Positions 1-14,305 of a DNA stretch of 64,000 nucleotides are shown in pieces (within the stretch, counting starts at the first letter, position 1; the number at the start of each line of letters is the position of its first letter). Both the position numbers and the translations under genes were made by a program. The DNA comes from the human T2T-CHM13v2.0 reference genome, Homo sapiens. The notes under the pieces are model-generated. The model had not been told where the DNA came from and made no database searches. It saw only the letters and a list, made by a program, of their open reading frames with translations. Location: the NCBI RefSeq assembly GCF_009914755.1, contig NC_060941.1; one strand, given 5' to 3'.

Positions 1-419
1 AAACTTGGAAAGAATGCTGAAGTAAAGCAACTCCTTGTTGGTGGCCATAAAACAGCAGTCCCTATTTCCACCTCTTCAGTCATCTTTATTGCCCCAGGCC
101 CTGGGCAGTAGGGAACCTGCACTTCATATTTTATTCTACCCCTAGGTATTAGCTTTACTGTCTATTCTATATAATATATATTCTATAATATATACACATT
201 TAACATAACAAGCACAATGTATTTTGTTTTCTATGTAATATTTTTATCTTATATTGGCAACAAACTATATATATCCACACCTCTTAGGAAAATACCCCAC
301 TTGCAGAAGTGGAAGATAAAAAGCAGTCAACACTTTGCTTCCTCTTATGCCGGTGTCATCGTGTCTATGAGATCTTCAGACTTTTCTACTTCTTGCTCTA
401 CCTCTAGGTTCCTGAATGA

Positions 420-751
<332 letters not shown>

Positions 752-1026
752 AAGAGCTGCATTTTCTATAGTTCCTCTCTATAGTCCCGGCTGTTATATT
801 GACTTGTGTGGTCCATCATCGATTCATTCTCTGCATCCAATCCAGAGAGAGCACCCCCTAGAAAAGCTTTCCTCCCTATCTAAAAATGTGTCAAAACTGA
901 CCTAATGTATATATTCAAGGAATGTAGAAGACAGAAAACAAAGTGTCAGGGAAGAAATGGCCCTTCAAACCATATCCTTTGTAAGTTAATGATGACAAAC
1001 AGCAACCAAAATCTCAGGCCATATTG

Positions 1027-1439
1027 TGATATGGTTTGGACTTGTGTCCCCACCAAAATCTCACATGGAGATGTCATCCCAGTGTTGGAGGTGGGGCCTG
1101 GAGGGAGGTGATTGGATCATGGGGGTGGAGGTCTCATGAATGGTTTAGCCCCATCTCCTGGTGCTGTTCTTGTGACAGGGAGTGAGTTCTTATGAGATCT
1201 GGTTGTTTAAAAGTGTGTGGCACCTCCCACCTCTCTCTTGGTCCTGCTCCTGCCATGTAAGACGCCTACTCCCACTTTGCCTTCCGCCATGAGTAAAACT
1301 CCCTGAGGCCTCCCCAGAAGCAGATGCCGCCACGCTTCCTGTACAGCCTGCAGAACTATGAGCCAATTCAATCTCTTTTCTTTATAAATTACCTAGTTTC
1401 AGATATTTCTTTACAGCAGTGAAAGAACTGACTAATATG
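1027..1439 (+). mobile_element. MSTA-like MaLR solo LTR
   Basis: TGATATGGTTTGG start, GGAGGTGGGGCCTGG...GATTGGATCATGGGG body, GACTAATA end. Confidence 0.88.
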
Positions 1440-1829
1440 CCTTGTGATTGGTAAAAGGGAACTAAGAGGGTTCCTATTGAAGAGAAATTGACTGATGTAT
1501 TGGCTAATCAAATCAGGAGGTCTCCTTAAACAGCTCGGAATCTAATGAGGAAGGCAAGTTAAAGAAACCACAGACAAGGAAGGCCAGTTTGTACTATCAG
1601 CTCCTTGGGCAAGCCAGGGATGACCAGAAATACCCAACAGGGACAAATCTTCTCTCTAGCTAGAGGAACAACCACCGGGAAAGAGACAATCCATGACATC
1701 AAGCTGAAAGATGATATTGGCTAGTATTCAGCCTCAGATTCATAAGCCACATATCTGCCCTCTAGAGATGAAACTTCAAGAGCAAAATATGTTTCTAGTG
1801 AGAGGAAATATGAAACGCCTGCCAACAGA

Positions 1830-2030
1830 CACATTTATTTATTAAGTTACTATGTATAAGCACTGTGCTGTCTATTTCATAAATATCATATAATTTAATT
1901 ATTATATCACCCACCAGAGGTGAGTATCATTCTCCCCATTTTACAGGTAAAGAAACTGAGTCAGAAAGGTCCCATAACTCATTCAAAAGCCCAGAGGAAA
2001 TGTTGGAAATCTGGCTGGAACTTTATCCAT
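1830..2030 (-). mobile_element. MIR fragment
   Basis: Reverse MIR core CCCCATTTTACAGGTAAAGAAACTGAG. Confidence 0.75.
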
Positions 2031-2139
2031 TAAATACACAGACGTACAAACAATGTCCCAAACATCTACTGAATGATAATCATGTAAATCTGGAGGAAAT
2101 AATGTGTGAACAGTACATAACATAATTTTCTAGCTCTTG

Positions 2140-2450
2140 GATCATCACACTATCCCCTGTGGACCAAATCCAGTTTGCCATCTGTTTTTGTGTGGCCCAC
2201 AGACTAGGAATATCTTTTATGTTGTTAAATGCTTTGGAAAAAAAAGCAAGAAAAATTTATGATACACAAAAATTATATGAAATTTAAATTTTAGCATTCA
2301 TAAAATATTAATGCAACACATTACTCATTTGCATATTGTCTATAGCTGCATTTGTGCTGCAATGGAAGAGTTCTCAGTTGTAACAGACACAAGACTTCCA
2401 AAAGCGGAAGAATTCACTGGGTATTTACAGAAAAAGATGTTGAGCCTTCT
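2140..2450. mobile_element. MER58B hAT-Charlie MITE
   Basis: GGACCAAATCCAG...TGTTTTTGTGTGGCCCAC; ATTATATGAAATTTAAATTT; TATTGTCTATAGCTGC; TTTACAGAAAAAG. Confidence 0.8.
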
Positions 2451-3449
2451 TCTAGGCAGAGACAACTCTTCTAGAAAATATCTCATACAATAAAGATTGA
2501 TTATCACATTGTTTAGTGTGTAATTCATGTGTTCTCAAAATTTTCCTTAGAGGTATAGCAGTTACAGACATACCCCAAATACATAAATCTGTGCTTGTAC
2601 TAAGAGAAACTTGGTGTCAATTATTCACTTTCCAAAAGGATTCACTAGATGTCATCCTCAGTGATTTTCCTTAGAGCGTTTCAGGTGGGATTTGAGTTAT
2701 CAAACTTGGTTTCATTTGTGCTTTCGTGAATATACCTATTTGGTAAGATCTGTTTTGCCAAATTCAGTCCAATACAAATTGGTCTTGAATCCTATTCAAG
2801 GGAGATTATGTTTAAAGGACCTGAGGGACTTCATTATAACCACAGCTTCTTCTACCCCGGATGCCCCATGGCCTAAGACTCCCAAGAGCAGCAGCTTTCC
2901 AGCCATGTCCTGAGTTTCTGGGGCAGAGTAAAGTCAGCAAATCAGGATTTGCCTTCAGCCATCTCTCAGTTAGGAAAAATACAGATTCTGGGGGAAAGTT
3001 ATTCACAGAGAAAGTAAAATTGCCAGTGGGCCTTTTTTTTTTTTTCTTCCAGAAATAAAAGGATACAAGATGAGTGAGATAGTATAGAGGTTAAAATTTT
3101 AAGATATTAAAAATATCTCCTTTCAAAGCCACAAGACCCAAAAGACTATTAGGGACACTTCCAATGCTCCATTTATTCAACGCATGGCAGACTGATGATA
3201 GGTATTCATTCTGGAACACTGAGCAAAGAAAGGTTTAGCCATTAACTAATATGAATACAAAATAAGCTGGATTCACGAGCCAAAATTGGGATATAAAAAC
3301 CAGGCCCTTGAGTCTTCTTAAATAAGTTCTTAAATAAGAATAAGTTCCTCTGGGAAAATAACAATGCATTCGATTTTTGTGCGGGTTCCTGGTTGAATTT
3401 AGTCATTATGACTCAGGAGACTTCACTGATACGTTTTAGTAAGTGTTGG

Positions 3450-3695
3450 AGTCTCCCCAACCACCCTATTTAAAATGTAGTTTCTCCCCAGCCATTCCTA
3501 CCCCTCTCCTGCTTTATTTGTCTCAATATCACTCATCATCATCTGACATACTATCTGCCATCATTATTTAATTGCTTATTGTCCCACTTCCAGAATGTGA
3601 GCTCCATAGGGCAAGGGCTTTATCTGTTTCATTTGCTAAATTCTCAACCCAGCGTCTGGCTCACAGTATGTACTCAAGTATTTCTGAATGAATTA
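3450..3695 (+). mobile_element. L2 3' end
   Basis: AGAATGTGAGCTCCATAGGGCAAGGG...CTGGCTCACAGTA...TGAATGAAT terminus. Confidence 0.8.
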
Positions 3696-3717
3696 AGTAA
3701 TTTAAAAGGGGGTTCTT

Positions 3718-4018
<301 letters not shown>

Positions 4019-4829
4019 AAAAGGGGTTCTTAGCCGAATGTCAGAAAGAATCTCCTTGGTCTTTGTGAATTGCCTTGGGAGGAGATCTGCACTTTCTCCC
4101 AAATAGTGGAAACACTAACACGATCACTAAGTCTCTAAAACAACAAAGACCAATTTGTACTCTTCCTTCCTACAATGTTAGATTGCTCTATGCTATCAGT
4201 CAGAACCAAATAAATACCTAATGTTCAAAAAACCTGGCACCTGACACTTCACAGGGAGTTGACACCTAAGTGTGATTATCTGGATTTCTGAAAGAATGAA
4301 TAAATGCAGGAGATAGTAGATATAAAAATGAACCGGCATACTTTGGTAATTGATCACCAGAGAGAAGAAGGTTCATTCTGCAAATATAATATTTAGTTTC
4401 CTTGATACTACTCTTTGCAGGTTCTCCTTGACCTTCTCTGATGTTTCCCTCTGAGTCTCCCTCTAAAGATTATTTTCCTTTATCTCCCCCTTAAGTGAGG
4501 ATATAATCAAGGGTTGTAAAATATGCTAGAATTTCATGTTTTTCTATATCCAGAAACACTTAGAAGATAACATTTGCACAGGACATGAAGGAACAGGGAA
4601 TGATAAGGCCATTATCATTGCTCCTGAAATTCTGCTGGCCCAAATCCTGCCCTGTCATTTCTAGACACCCCATAGCAGCCCCAAAGTTAAAGGAATCAAT
4701 ATTTCTGTGTACTTATAACCTATCTAAGACACACCAGGATACTGCAGCACAACAGCTAGACAGTTCTCCTCTACTCTTCTACTTCTATACATTTCCAGTC
4801 AATCTTATTCGCCTATGATTTCATCAGCA

Positions 4830-6072
4830 CCAAGAGAGTGATAACTCTCTCCACCAACAACTCTTCTTCAAATGCCTACCTCTCCCTTAGCGTCCAGGAT
4901 TCAGAATCATATGTACCACCACTGATTAAACACACCACCAAGATGTTCCACACCTGGCTGCATCTTCTACCTAAAGCATTCTTCCCTCCTCCTCCTCCCT
5001 GTGTAGCAATTAAGCCTGTGACTCAAGGTAGAAACAGGGAGTTACCCTTTTTTCCTTGTTTCTCACCTTCCATATCCAAAAAATCACCTAGGTTAGCCAT
5101 CCTCTCTCTTTTACATTAGCTGTCTCTGCTTTAGTTCAGGCCCATCTTATCTTTTGCCTAAACTGTGTAAGTGGCCTAACATATCTTCATTCTTCAATCT
5201 GCTCCTCCAATCCAGTGATGGGCTGGAATCAACTTTTACTAGCGGATAAAATCCAATTATGCTCTTCTCTTCCCAGCTCTGGGTTTAGTGACTTTAAATT
5301 GGCACCTTAAAATTTGCTAAAATGAAAGTATTTACACCATGGAAATTGGCAAATGCTAGAATCAGGACTTTTTGTTGCCAGACAGTAAATTGTTAAACAT
5401 TTGCTAGTATATTGCTGTTCAAATCTAACCTCTATAGAGAATAATTCATTGAGAACAAAAATTTAGCTATGCCAGACACTTGTTTAGACCATTCTGTGGC
5501 TCCTCATTATCTACAAGATTAATCCAAGCTCTTTAAAGTATCACAGAGAGACTTTCTGAGCTCTGCTCCTGCCTGCATCTGTTATCTGGTAATATGCCCC
5601 TTCCTTTATGGGTGCCATTAGGCAACATTCAATTGCTTGTAATTTTTCATATCAAGCTATTCTTGACCCCAGGATTTTGCATAAATTGTCCCGGAAGCTT
5701 CGAGTCTCTTTCCTTTATTACCCTCTGTTGTATAACTAACTCTTCACTCATACTTCAATACAGAGTTGAGACAATATTTTCTGCAGAAATTATTTTCTTA
5801 TCACCCCTAGACTGTGCTGACCACTCACCATATTCTGGACAATGAGAGCCCACTTTTCCTATTTCTGCACTACATTTGCTATATTCTATTGTAATTATGG
5901 GTTTCTCTCTCCTCTCCTGTAACCCCTGCGGAGAAACTAGGAGATACTTGAGATCAGGAAGCATGCATGTTCATCTGTGCACCTCCAGTTCCTGAACAGT
6001 AACTTACATATATTTTAAATTCAACATATATATATATATATATATATTTACTGTATGGTAGGTGAATGAATG
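4830..6072 (+). mobile_element. Degraded L2, interrupted by MER63A
   Basis: L2-like pyrimidine-rich segments on both sides of 5213-5417, ending GTGAATGAATG. Confidence 0.6.
5213..5417. mobile_element. MER63A hAT-Blackjack MITE
   Basis: TIRs CAGTGATGGGCTGG / TTGTTAAACATTTGCTAGTATATTGCTG; internal AGTATTTACACCATGGAAATTGGCAAATGCTA; degenerate 8-bp TSD CTCCAATC/TTCAAATC. Confidence 0.78.
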
Positions 6073-6346
6073 CATATTGGATGTGATTATAGTAATTTAT
6101 AACATTTTAAATAATCCTGAAGCCTGAGTTCATACTTTCAAGTCTACTGTTTGTGATTTCTTCATTACACAGGGATAAAGAGGCCCTTAGGTTTCAGCCA
6201 CATTCATACTGAGGCACTTTGCTGGAGGCTTTTATAAATACATGTTTTTCAGAGGATCATTCTCTTTTCTGTATTTATTTTCTGTGCATCTGGTTTGACC
6301 ATAGCACAGCTGCAAATAAACTGTCCACTCATTTACAATTAGAAAA

Positions 6347-6373
6347 TGTGTGTGTGTGTGTGTGTGTGTGTGT
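6347..6373. repeat. (TG)13 microsatellite
   Basis: Directly visible. Confidence 0.97.
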
Positions 6374-7258
6374 TTCAAAGGGAGGAGACTATGAAATAGA
6401 CAAGGGGGTGGTAGACTTCTGTTTAACAAGCTCACCAATATTTGGTTTGTTTTCTTCCTGATAGACAGCCAAGCTACCAGGAGAGCCATTTAAAAATGCA
6501 CTATAAAATGTTGTCTTGAACTAGTTGTTAGAATTGGCTTTCTCTTCTGTTATTTTTGCATTAAAATACAGTGAGACTCCTGTACATTAATTGCTCCAAT
6601 GAGCTTTGAAATGTAGCACTGTGGCTAGCAAAAGAGGCAAAATATTCATTTCTAAGTTTGAATAGCTTTGTCAAAAAAAAAAAGATAGGTGCTTCTTGAA
6701 CTTCAGCTCAACGAGCAGTAGCTAAGACACTTAACAAATTATTTTCCTTCCTGGAAAAAAAAGTAATAAGCCTTTTAAGAGATGTTGCAATAACAAAGAA
6801 CATCCTTTACCATATCTTTATGTATTCTATTTGAAGATCCCAAAGAAAGTGCTGAAAGCAGTAATTCCACAAGTATGTATTACATATATTTCCTTTATTA
6901 ATATGGTACTTAAATATCAGAAAGAATAAGTGCATGATTATGCAACTAAGCTCAAGGCCATAAAGAAAAGCCACTAATTAAATTTGGAAGTGATAGGCAT
7001 TTGCTGATGTCAAGGAATAGTTTATTGAAATTATTCTGCAAAGGTTTGATGAAAGATTTTCTTCGTACCGCCCCCATCTCTCCCACCAAAAGTCCCACTA
7101 ACCATCTGTTCACCCACAGCACTACCAAAAAGGTGACATTTATTGCAAGCTTGGCATTTTCTGACTCTTTGACCGCAAAATTTATGCTGAACTCCCCAAA
7201 AAGAAATGAAGTTGTTTTTACTTTTTCTCCATCTCTCTTTTTGCCTGACTAGTAACAG

Positions 7259-7346
7259 GAAGTTCTTGGAAACCTCCCCAAGAATGGCTGGTCTTGTAAG
7301 AGTCCCAAACCAGTCTTGAAGGCGCCAGAGCCTTGGCACATTTGAG
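7259..7346 (+). other. Candidate 88-nt non-coding exon
   Basis: Long pyrimidine tract then TAACAG|G acceptor; GAG|GTAAGG donor; stops in all three frames; unique DNA. Confidence 0.35.
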
Positions 7347-8364
7347 GTAAGGGTTATGGAAACACCTGCACCGCCCCTTTCAACCAAAGTTCCCGTGAGT
7401 AAGGCCCAGAAGTTTGCATGGTTGTTTATCAGTGGTGACCCTGAGTGAGGAGAGCTCATGCAAAAAGCTCTAAGGCTTGTCCCAACCAATCTTGTACATT
7501 GATTGCACAAGAAAATGCTTATGAAGTATTTTAAAGTGGGTAGTCAAATTAGGACCCTGAGCTGAAACCTGAGGTCAAGCTATGAACTGTTCCCTATTCA
7601 GAATTTCTCCCCTTGACAAATACAATGTATAGTAGGAGGGAAAAATCATGGCATGACACCTCATTAGTCGTTATGAGCAGATCTGTTTTTGCACCTCGGG
7701 ACTCCTCAGGAATGATTTGTGAGGCAGTTCACTGACATTCCTGCTTCAGTCTTCACCAAGCAATCTTAAACCTTTGGGCCTTTGTCCTCTCCTTCTCTAT
7801 TCTGTGATTAGAATTCTGAAGGAGTTGGAGACAATGCAAAAACAATAGTGATTATTTGCAGAAATACCTCCTCCAGTGCCTGAAGCTAAAAGGGCTCTAT
7901 CTGATGTTGTTCTGGATCTGGGAAATATAAGGGATGTCAAGGGACAGCATGAGGGTTGCTAGGAGAAAAGGCAGCCTCTAAGGTCTCTGGTGGACTGCAA
8001 TAGCCATAAAGCTCAGATAACTCCCTATGCTAAAGAAAGGGAAGGGGCTGTGACCAAGTTGCAGATGAGGAATTTTGTTCTGCTTTTCTTTTTCTACTTC
8101 CTGTTAGCTTCATTAACTTCCCTGTCTCAATAGAAGCTAAAATTATGAAGATGTAATGCTTCTCATTGAAGAATTTCTTCTGTGAAAGTACCCCAAGCCC
8201 ACAAAATAGCTTAATAACCCAGCTCACTGATGTCTGCAAATCCACCATTAAATATTGTTTTCGTTTAAAGTCTGATGGCTCACTGGAACAAAATGTTCCT
8301 AGAGAAACATATCAAGTGATAGCTATTATTTTCATTTTATTAAAAATAAGTAAATTGATCCATA

Positions 8365-9075
8365 GCTAATAATAGATAATGATTCACTGAGAGCTTACTT
8401 GTGCCTGGCACTGTTTGAAGTGCTTTATATGCAATATCTCATTTAATACTCAACAACAAACCATGCATAGCAGTCATGGTGGTTGCTTTGTTGAGTACAT
8501 TTCAACTGACTATCTCATGATAATTATTACAATGCCATTCCTTTTTTCAGTGTTGGGTTAAGCGTGGGCATGCGACCAAACCTACTAAAAAACATAGGAA
8601 AGGAAGTCTGATAAGAGGTTTCTGTATTCTAAAAAGAAGATAGAGTAAAAGAGATAATCTTTCATCTGATATCACACCAATATTCCTGAGTGTGACAGCT
8701 TGAGTTAATGCAATCTCATTGCCACCACATCATAAGATGTCCCAGAAGAGAGAAAAATCTGAGCATTGAGTGTCACTATTGAGCCACTGATCATACTGCA
8801 TCTAGACCAAGCTATCTTCCTGATTTCCACTGATGTGAGATCAATTTTATCACTGGGTAGATGAGTTTGACCTAGGTTTTCCTGCCACTTTCAGCAGAAA
8901 GTATCCTGATGTACAAAGTGGTTGATAACATTGTCTTTCCCACTCTACAGATGAAGAAATTAAGGATCAGAGAGGTAAGATAACTTTCTATGTTTCCCAA
9001 GCTAGAGAGTTATAAAGCAGTGATTTGAACAAAGGACTCGGGCTTCTGAAACCACCCTTTTAACTATCATGGCAT
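8365..9075 (-). mobile_element. MIR split in two by an LTR insertion
   Basis: MIR 3' part at 8365-8470 (TGTGCCTGGCACTGTTTGAAGTGCTTT); core resumes at about 8920 (CTACAGATGAAGAAATTAAGG...GATTTGAAC). Confidence 0.72.
8480..8915 (+). mobile_element. ERVL solo LTR (LTR33/LTR16-like)
   Basis: GGGCATGCGACCA, TTGAGCCACTGA, GATGTGAGA, GCAGAAAGTATCCTGATGTACA end. Confidence 0.6.
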
Positions 9076-9852
9076 ACTTAAAAAATATAAAAGAACTACA
9101 GTGTTCAAGAAAACAGCAGCGTGATACTGGTTCCATGGGTAAATTATAGGAATATAAGGAGATAATTGGGAACTCTGGGACATTGAGACCCTTGGGTGGT
9201 AAGAATGTATGGTGTTCTTTTGAGGCCTTGTACAATAGTGGCAACAATTCAGCTCAGTAGCCAGTCATTGAACCCGTTGGGTACTGTTTCCCACAAGCTA
9301 ACAGCTCACATCTTTGTAGCAAATGAAACGTGTAAACAATTGACTGCAAAAGAGGCATTATAGCATAGAGGCTACAAAATAACTTTCCTTTAGGGGACAT
9401 GAGTAAAGAGTGATTAATTCCAGCAGAGGATGAATCTCTTCATCCATTTTGCCTTTCCATGGCTCATGCTACTCCAGAACTTCACTCCATATTACCAATG
9501 GCAAGTGCCACAAAGCTTTCCAATCTTTTTTTCTTCTTCACAAAACTTGTTTGAGCCCATCACCCCATAGGATGTGGAAAATTGGTTTCTTTTTAAGGAC
9601 CCAGGATAAGGGATGGAGTGCATCCTCTTTAACCAACTGATAGGGCTCCTCCAGTCTCTCTGGCTATGAAACTTCAAACAGACTGGAACTGAAAGTAGTA
9701 TCTTCATCCTCATTTACTAATCAACAACTTATACACAAATTCTTTACCCTAGTATTCAAGATATTTCTCTATATACATGCAACTATCTTTCAAGATTAAT
9801 TCTTGATACTTCCCAATAAAAATGGCATGTTAGCTGATTTAGACCATTAAAT

Positions 9853-10580
<728 letters not shown>

Positions 10581-10699
10581 GGCTTTGCTCAGAAACATTT
10601 TCACGTTTCACTCACGAGAGTTAGGTCCCAAGTCTTCCTTTGAAGACCAATCACTATTGATTTAGAGTCCATGCCTGATGCAGTCTGGCCATGATCAAA

Positions 10700-11330
10700 A
10701 GACCATGAAATTTATCATCCCAGACAGAACACTTTTGAGTGTGAAAGTGAGGTAGGAAGCAGAACTCAACTCTGGAGGCGGGACTCAGACACAGGACCAA
10801 ATTGAGGACTAGCTAAAACAGGGACGGGGCACAGGCAGCTTTTCCATAAGACAAGCCCACCAGTGTTTACCACGCCCACGTCAGTTTACCATTACCATGG
10901 CAACACCCCCTGCGTTACCACTCCTTTCCATAGCAATGACCTGTTAACCTAAATATTACTACCCCTTCCCTAGAAATTTCTGCATAAAACTATCTCTTAT
11001 TTTACACGCAATTAAAAGGAGGTATAAATATAACTGTGAAACAACCTTGAGCTGTTACTCTCAGTCCACTGCCTATGGGGTAGCCCTGCTCTGCAAGAGC
11101 AGTCACAGGGCTGTAACACCTCCAGAGCTGTAAGCTGCTGCTTCAGTAAAACTGTTTTCTTCTACACTATCACAAGCTCACCCTTGAATTCTTTCCTAGG
11201 CAAAGCCAAGAACCCTTATGGGCCAAACTGCACTTTGGGGCCCGCCTGTTCCGCATCAAAAAGAAATATTGAAAATTATACCAGGCAACAGGTATAAACC
11301 AGGACTTCTCCTGAAACCTGATTCACCCCC
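10700..11330. mobile_element. MER94 hAT MITE split by MER66 LTR
   Basis: GACCATGAAATTTATCATCCCAGACAGAACACTTTTGAGTGTGAAAG on the left; AATTATACCAGGCAACAGGTATAAACCAGGAC...TCACCC on the right. Confidence 0.7.
10748..11258 (+). mobile_element. MER66B-like ERV1 solo LTR
   Basis: TG...CA ends; GGACCAAATTGAGGACTAGCTAAAACAGGG; TATAAAT; CTGCCTATGGGGTAGCCCTG; CCCTTGAATTCTTTCCT. Confidence 0.85.
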
Positions 11331-11667
11331 TGAAAATGGAAAAGCATCTCACCCTGAAATAAAAGGATCCTCACCTACCACCTGAGCAAATGGGGCTCTA
11401 CAATTACGAAGTACTGTGGATGGGTGGACATGTCTGCTATGCCACGAAAGGCAGCTAGACAGAAACTGACAATCATTTTCTATACTTGATCTTCTGATAG
11501 ACAATTGTCCTCGTTTTTTCTCAAAATTTAGCTTCCTCAATTTCGGCTTAATTCCTACTCTCCTTTCCATCCCCACTGCCCACTCCATTGAAGGAACTGA
11601 AGACAAGGGACTGATTCCAGATCATTCTCCTCTTTCATTCCTCATAAAGTCCACCTGGTTAACGGTT

Positions 11668-12271
11668 GTAGTTAAGATCCATTTGATTGCAACTGATAGA
11701 AATCAAACTCAAATGAATTTAAGATGGAAAATAAACAAATAAAAAATAAAAACTATGGGAGATATTTTGGCTCTGGGAAATCTATGGGGTAGAACTGGCT
11801 TCAGGCATGTAACTATCAAGGATGTCTTCAGAAGTGTGTTCCTCTCTCTCTCCTGACTTCTTCGATCTGATTATCTCTACTTCACTTCAGTGTAGTACAC
11901 AATCTCTCTGTAGGTCAGCAAGAGAACCTGCAGCCTCTCCTGAATCACATGGTACCATTCCGAGCATCTGATCTCAAAAAGTAAGATTCTTTATTTCTCT
12001 TTCCTCTCTCTCTCTCTCCCCCTCTCCCCTTCCCCCAGCTCTGCCTCTGTCCATAGCAGTTGCACAGAAGGGCTTTGATTGTTCACGTTTGCATTATGCG
12101 GCACTAATCATGAAGTCTCAAGGCATGAATTATTCTGATTGTCCAGTTTGATTCACATGCTCAACTTTTGGCAGGGGTGATAGATCCAAAAAATCACATG
12201 GGTTGGGGAACAGAGCAGTTCCCTAAAGAAAGGAATACAGTGTACATCAAAATGTAATAGATGTCTAGTAC
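11668..12271 (-). mobile_element. MLT1K-like MaLR LTR
   Basis: GATTGCAACTGATAGAAATCAAACTCAAA; GGCTTCAGGCATG; TCTGATTGTCCAG. Confidence 0.7.
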
Positions 12272-12709
12272 TGACTAATTTTTGGATCTGCCCCCCCAAT
12301 CACCCTTCCACTTAGACTGAAGGCACTTTCACTATGGGGAGCATGTCTTATTTGTAGCAAAGTAGTTGGCATAAGATGACACTTTCTGGTTTTGAATGAA
12401 TAAGTGAATGTTTCACTAATTTATTCATAGAATAAAATTAATAGTATTGAAGGAAAAGCAGTGACAGTGAGCAAAATAAAATATACAAATCATATCAATG
12501 ATCTGGATAAAAAAGATAGCAATATATAGCACTACATTCATAAAAGGATATCAGTCACTTTTTAATAATTTCTAGGAAGATTTAAAAGTATCAATTAGAT
12601 AATACCTTTATTGTAACTCTGCAATTTGTCCTCCTAGGCATTGTTATTCATTCTACTTTTTATGTGTCATATTTATGAACTTGATATTGAATATCTAAAA
12701 ATGCCATAG

Positions 12710-13419
12710 GATATTGATCTGGGCAAATAACTTATGACTAAGACCACAAAGCAAATGCACCAACAACAAAAATAAGTAAATGGGACTTAAACTAAAAAGG
12801 CTTCTGTACAGCAGAAGAAATGATCAACAAATAAACAGACGACATAAAGAATGGGAGAAAATATTTGCAAACTATACATCTGACAAAGGATCAATATCCA
12901 AAATCTATAAGAAACTCAAACCATCAAGAAATGATAAAATAATCCTATTAAAAACTGGGCAAATAACATGAAGAGACATTTTTCAAAAGAGGATATACAA
13001 ATGGCCAACAAACATATGAAAAAATGCTCAACACCATGAATCATCAGGGAAATGCAAATTAAAACCACAATGAGATATCACCTCACCCCAGTTAGACTAG
13101 CAATTATTAAACAGTCAAAAAAAATGATGTTGGCAGAGATGTGGTGAAAAAAAACACTTAACACACTGTTAGTGGGTATGTAAATTAGTACATCCTATAT
13201 GGAAAATGGTCTGAAGAATTCTAAAAAAACTAAAAGTGGATCTACCATTTAATTCAGGAATCCCACTACTGGATATCTACTCAAAGAAAAAGAAGTCATT
13301 ATATTAAAAAGACACCTGCACTCATAGGTTTATCACAGCACAATTCACAATCTCAAAGATATGAAATCAACCTAAGTGCCCATCAACAAATGTGTGGATA
13401 AAGAAAATGTGGTACACAC

Positions 13420-13460
<41 letters not shown>

Positions 13461-13789
13461 ATGGGCTACTACTCAGCCATAAAACGAATGAAATAATATC
13501 TTCTGCAGCAATTTGGATGGAACTAGAGGCCATTATCCTAAGTGAAGTAAATCAGGAATGAAAAAACAAATACTGCATGTTCACAGTGGTACAGTGAACA
13601 TTGGAGACTAGAAAGGGAGAGGGTGGGAGGAGAACATGAGATGAAAAACTACCTATTGGGTACAATGTACGCTATTTGGGTGATGAGTTCACTAAAAGCC
13701 TAGACTTCACCACTATACAATTCATTCATGTAACCAAAAACCAGTTGTATCCCTAAAGCTATTGAAATAAAAAATAATAATAATAAAAA
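12710..13789 (+). mobile_element. 5'-truncated L1PB (L1PB2-like): ORF2 end plus 3' UTR
   Basis: ORF2 remnant (KEWEKIFANYTSDKG); 3' UTR AGACTTCACCACTATACAATTCATTCATGTAACCAAAAACC; 14-bp TSD TAAAAATGCCATAG/TAAAAGTGCCATAG; internal (CA)n at 13414-13459. Confidence 0.92.
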
Positions 13790-13957
13790 TAAAAGTGCCA
13801 TAGATTTGTCACTAATTGTTTAATCATGGTCCATTTGTTCCTAAAGTAGCTGGGCTACTCACAGCTACCAGAGAGTGGAGACCTAATAAGACCTCGGTGG
13901 CAGAATGCAATTATTCCTATTAGAGGTAAGAATGAGTCCAACCATAACATCGTTTTA

Positions 13958-14305
<348 letters not shown>

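Noticed and set aside
7031-7510. Longest listed ORF (159 aa, - strand)
   Set aside because: TTG start, no recognisable domain or coding-like composition, no matching splice signals; compatible with chance
12780-13561. ORFs resembling L1 ORF2 C-terminus
   Set aside because: Frameshifted remnants of a 5'-truncated L1PB; inactive
13850-13925. Possible 76-nt + exon (AAGTAG| ... GAG|GTAAGA)
   Set aside because: Weak pyrimidine tract, squeezed between an L1 tail and an Alu; pseudo-exons like this are common
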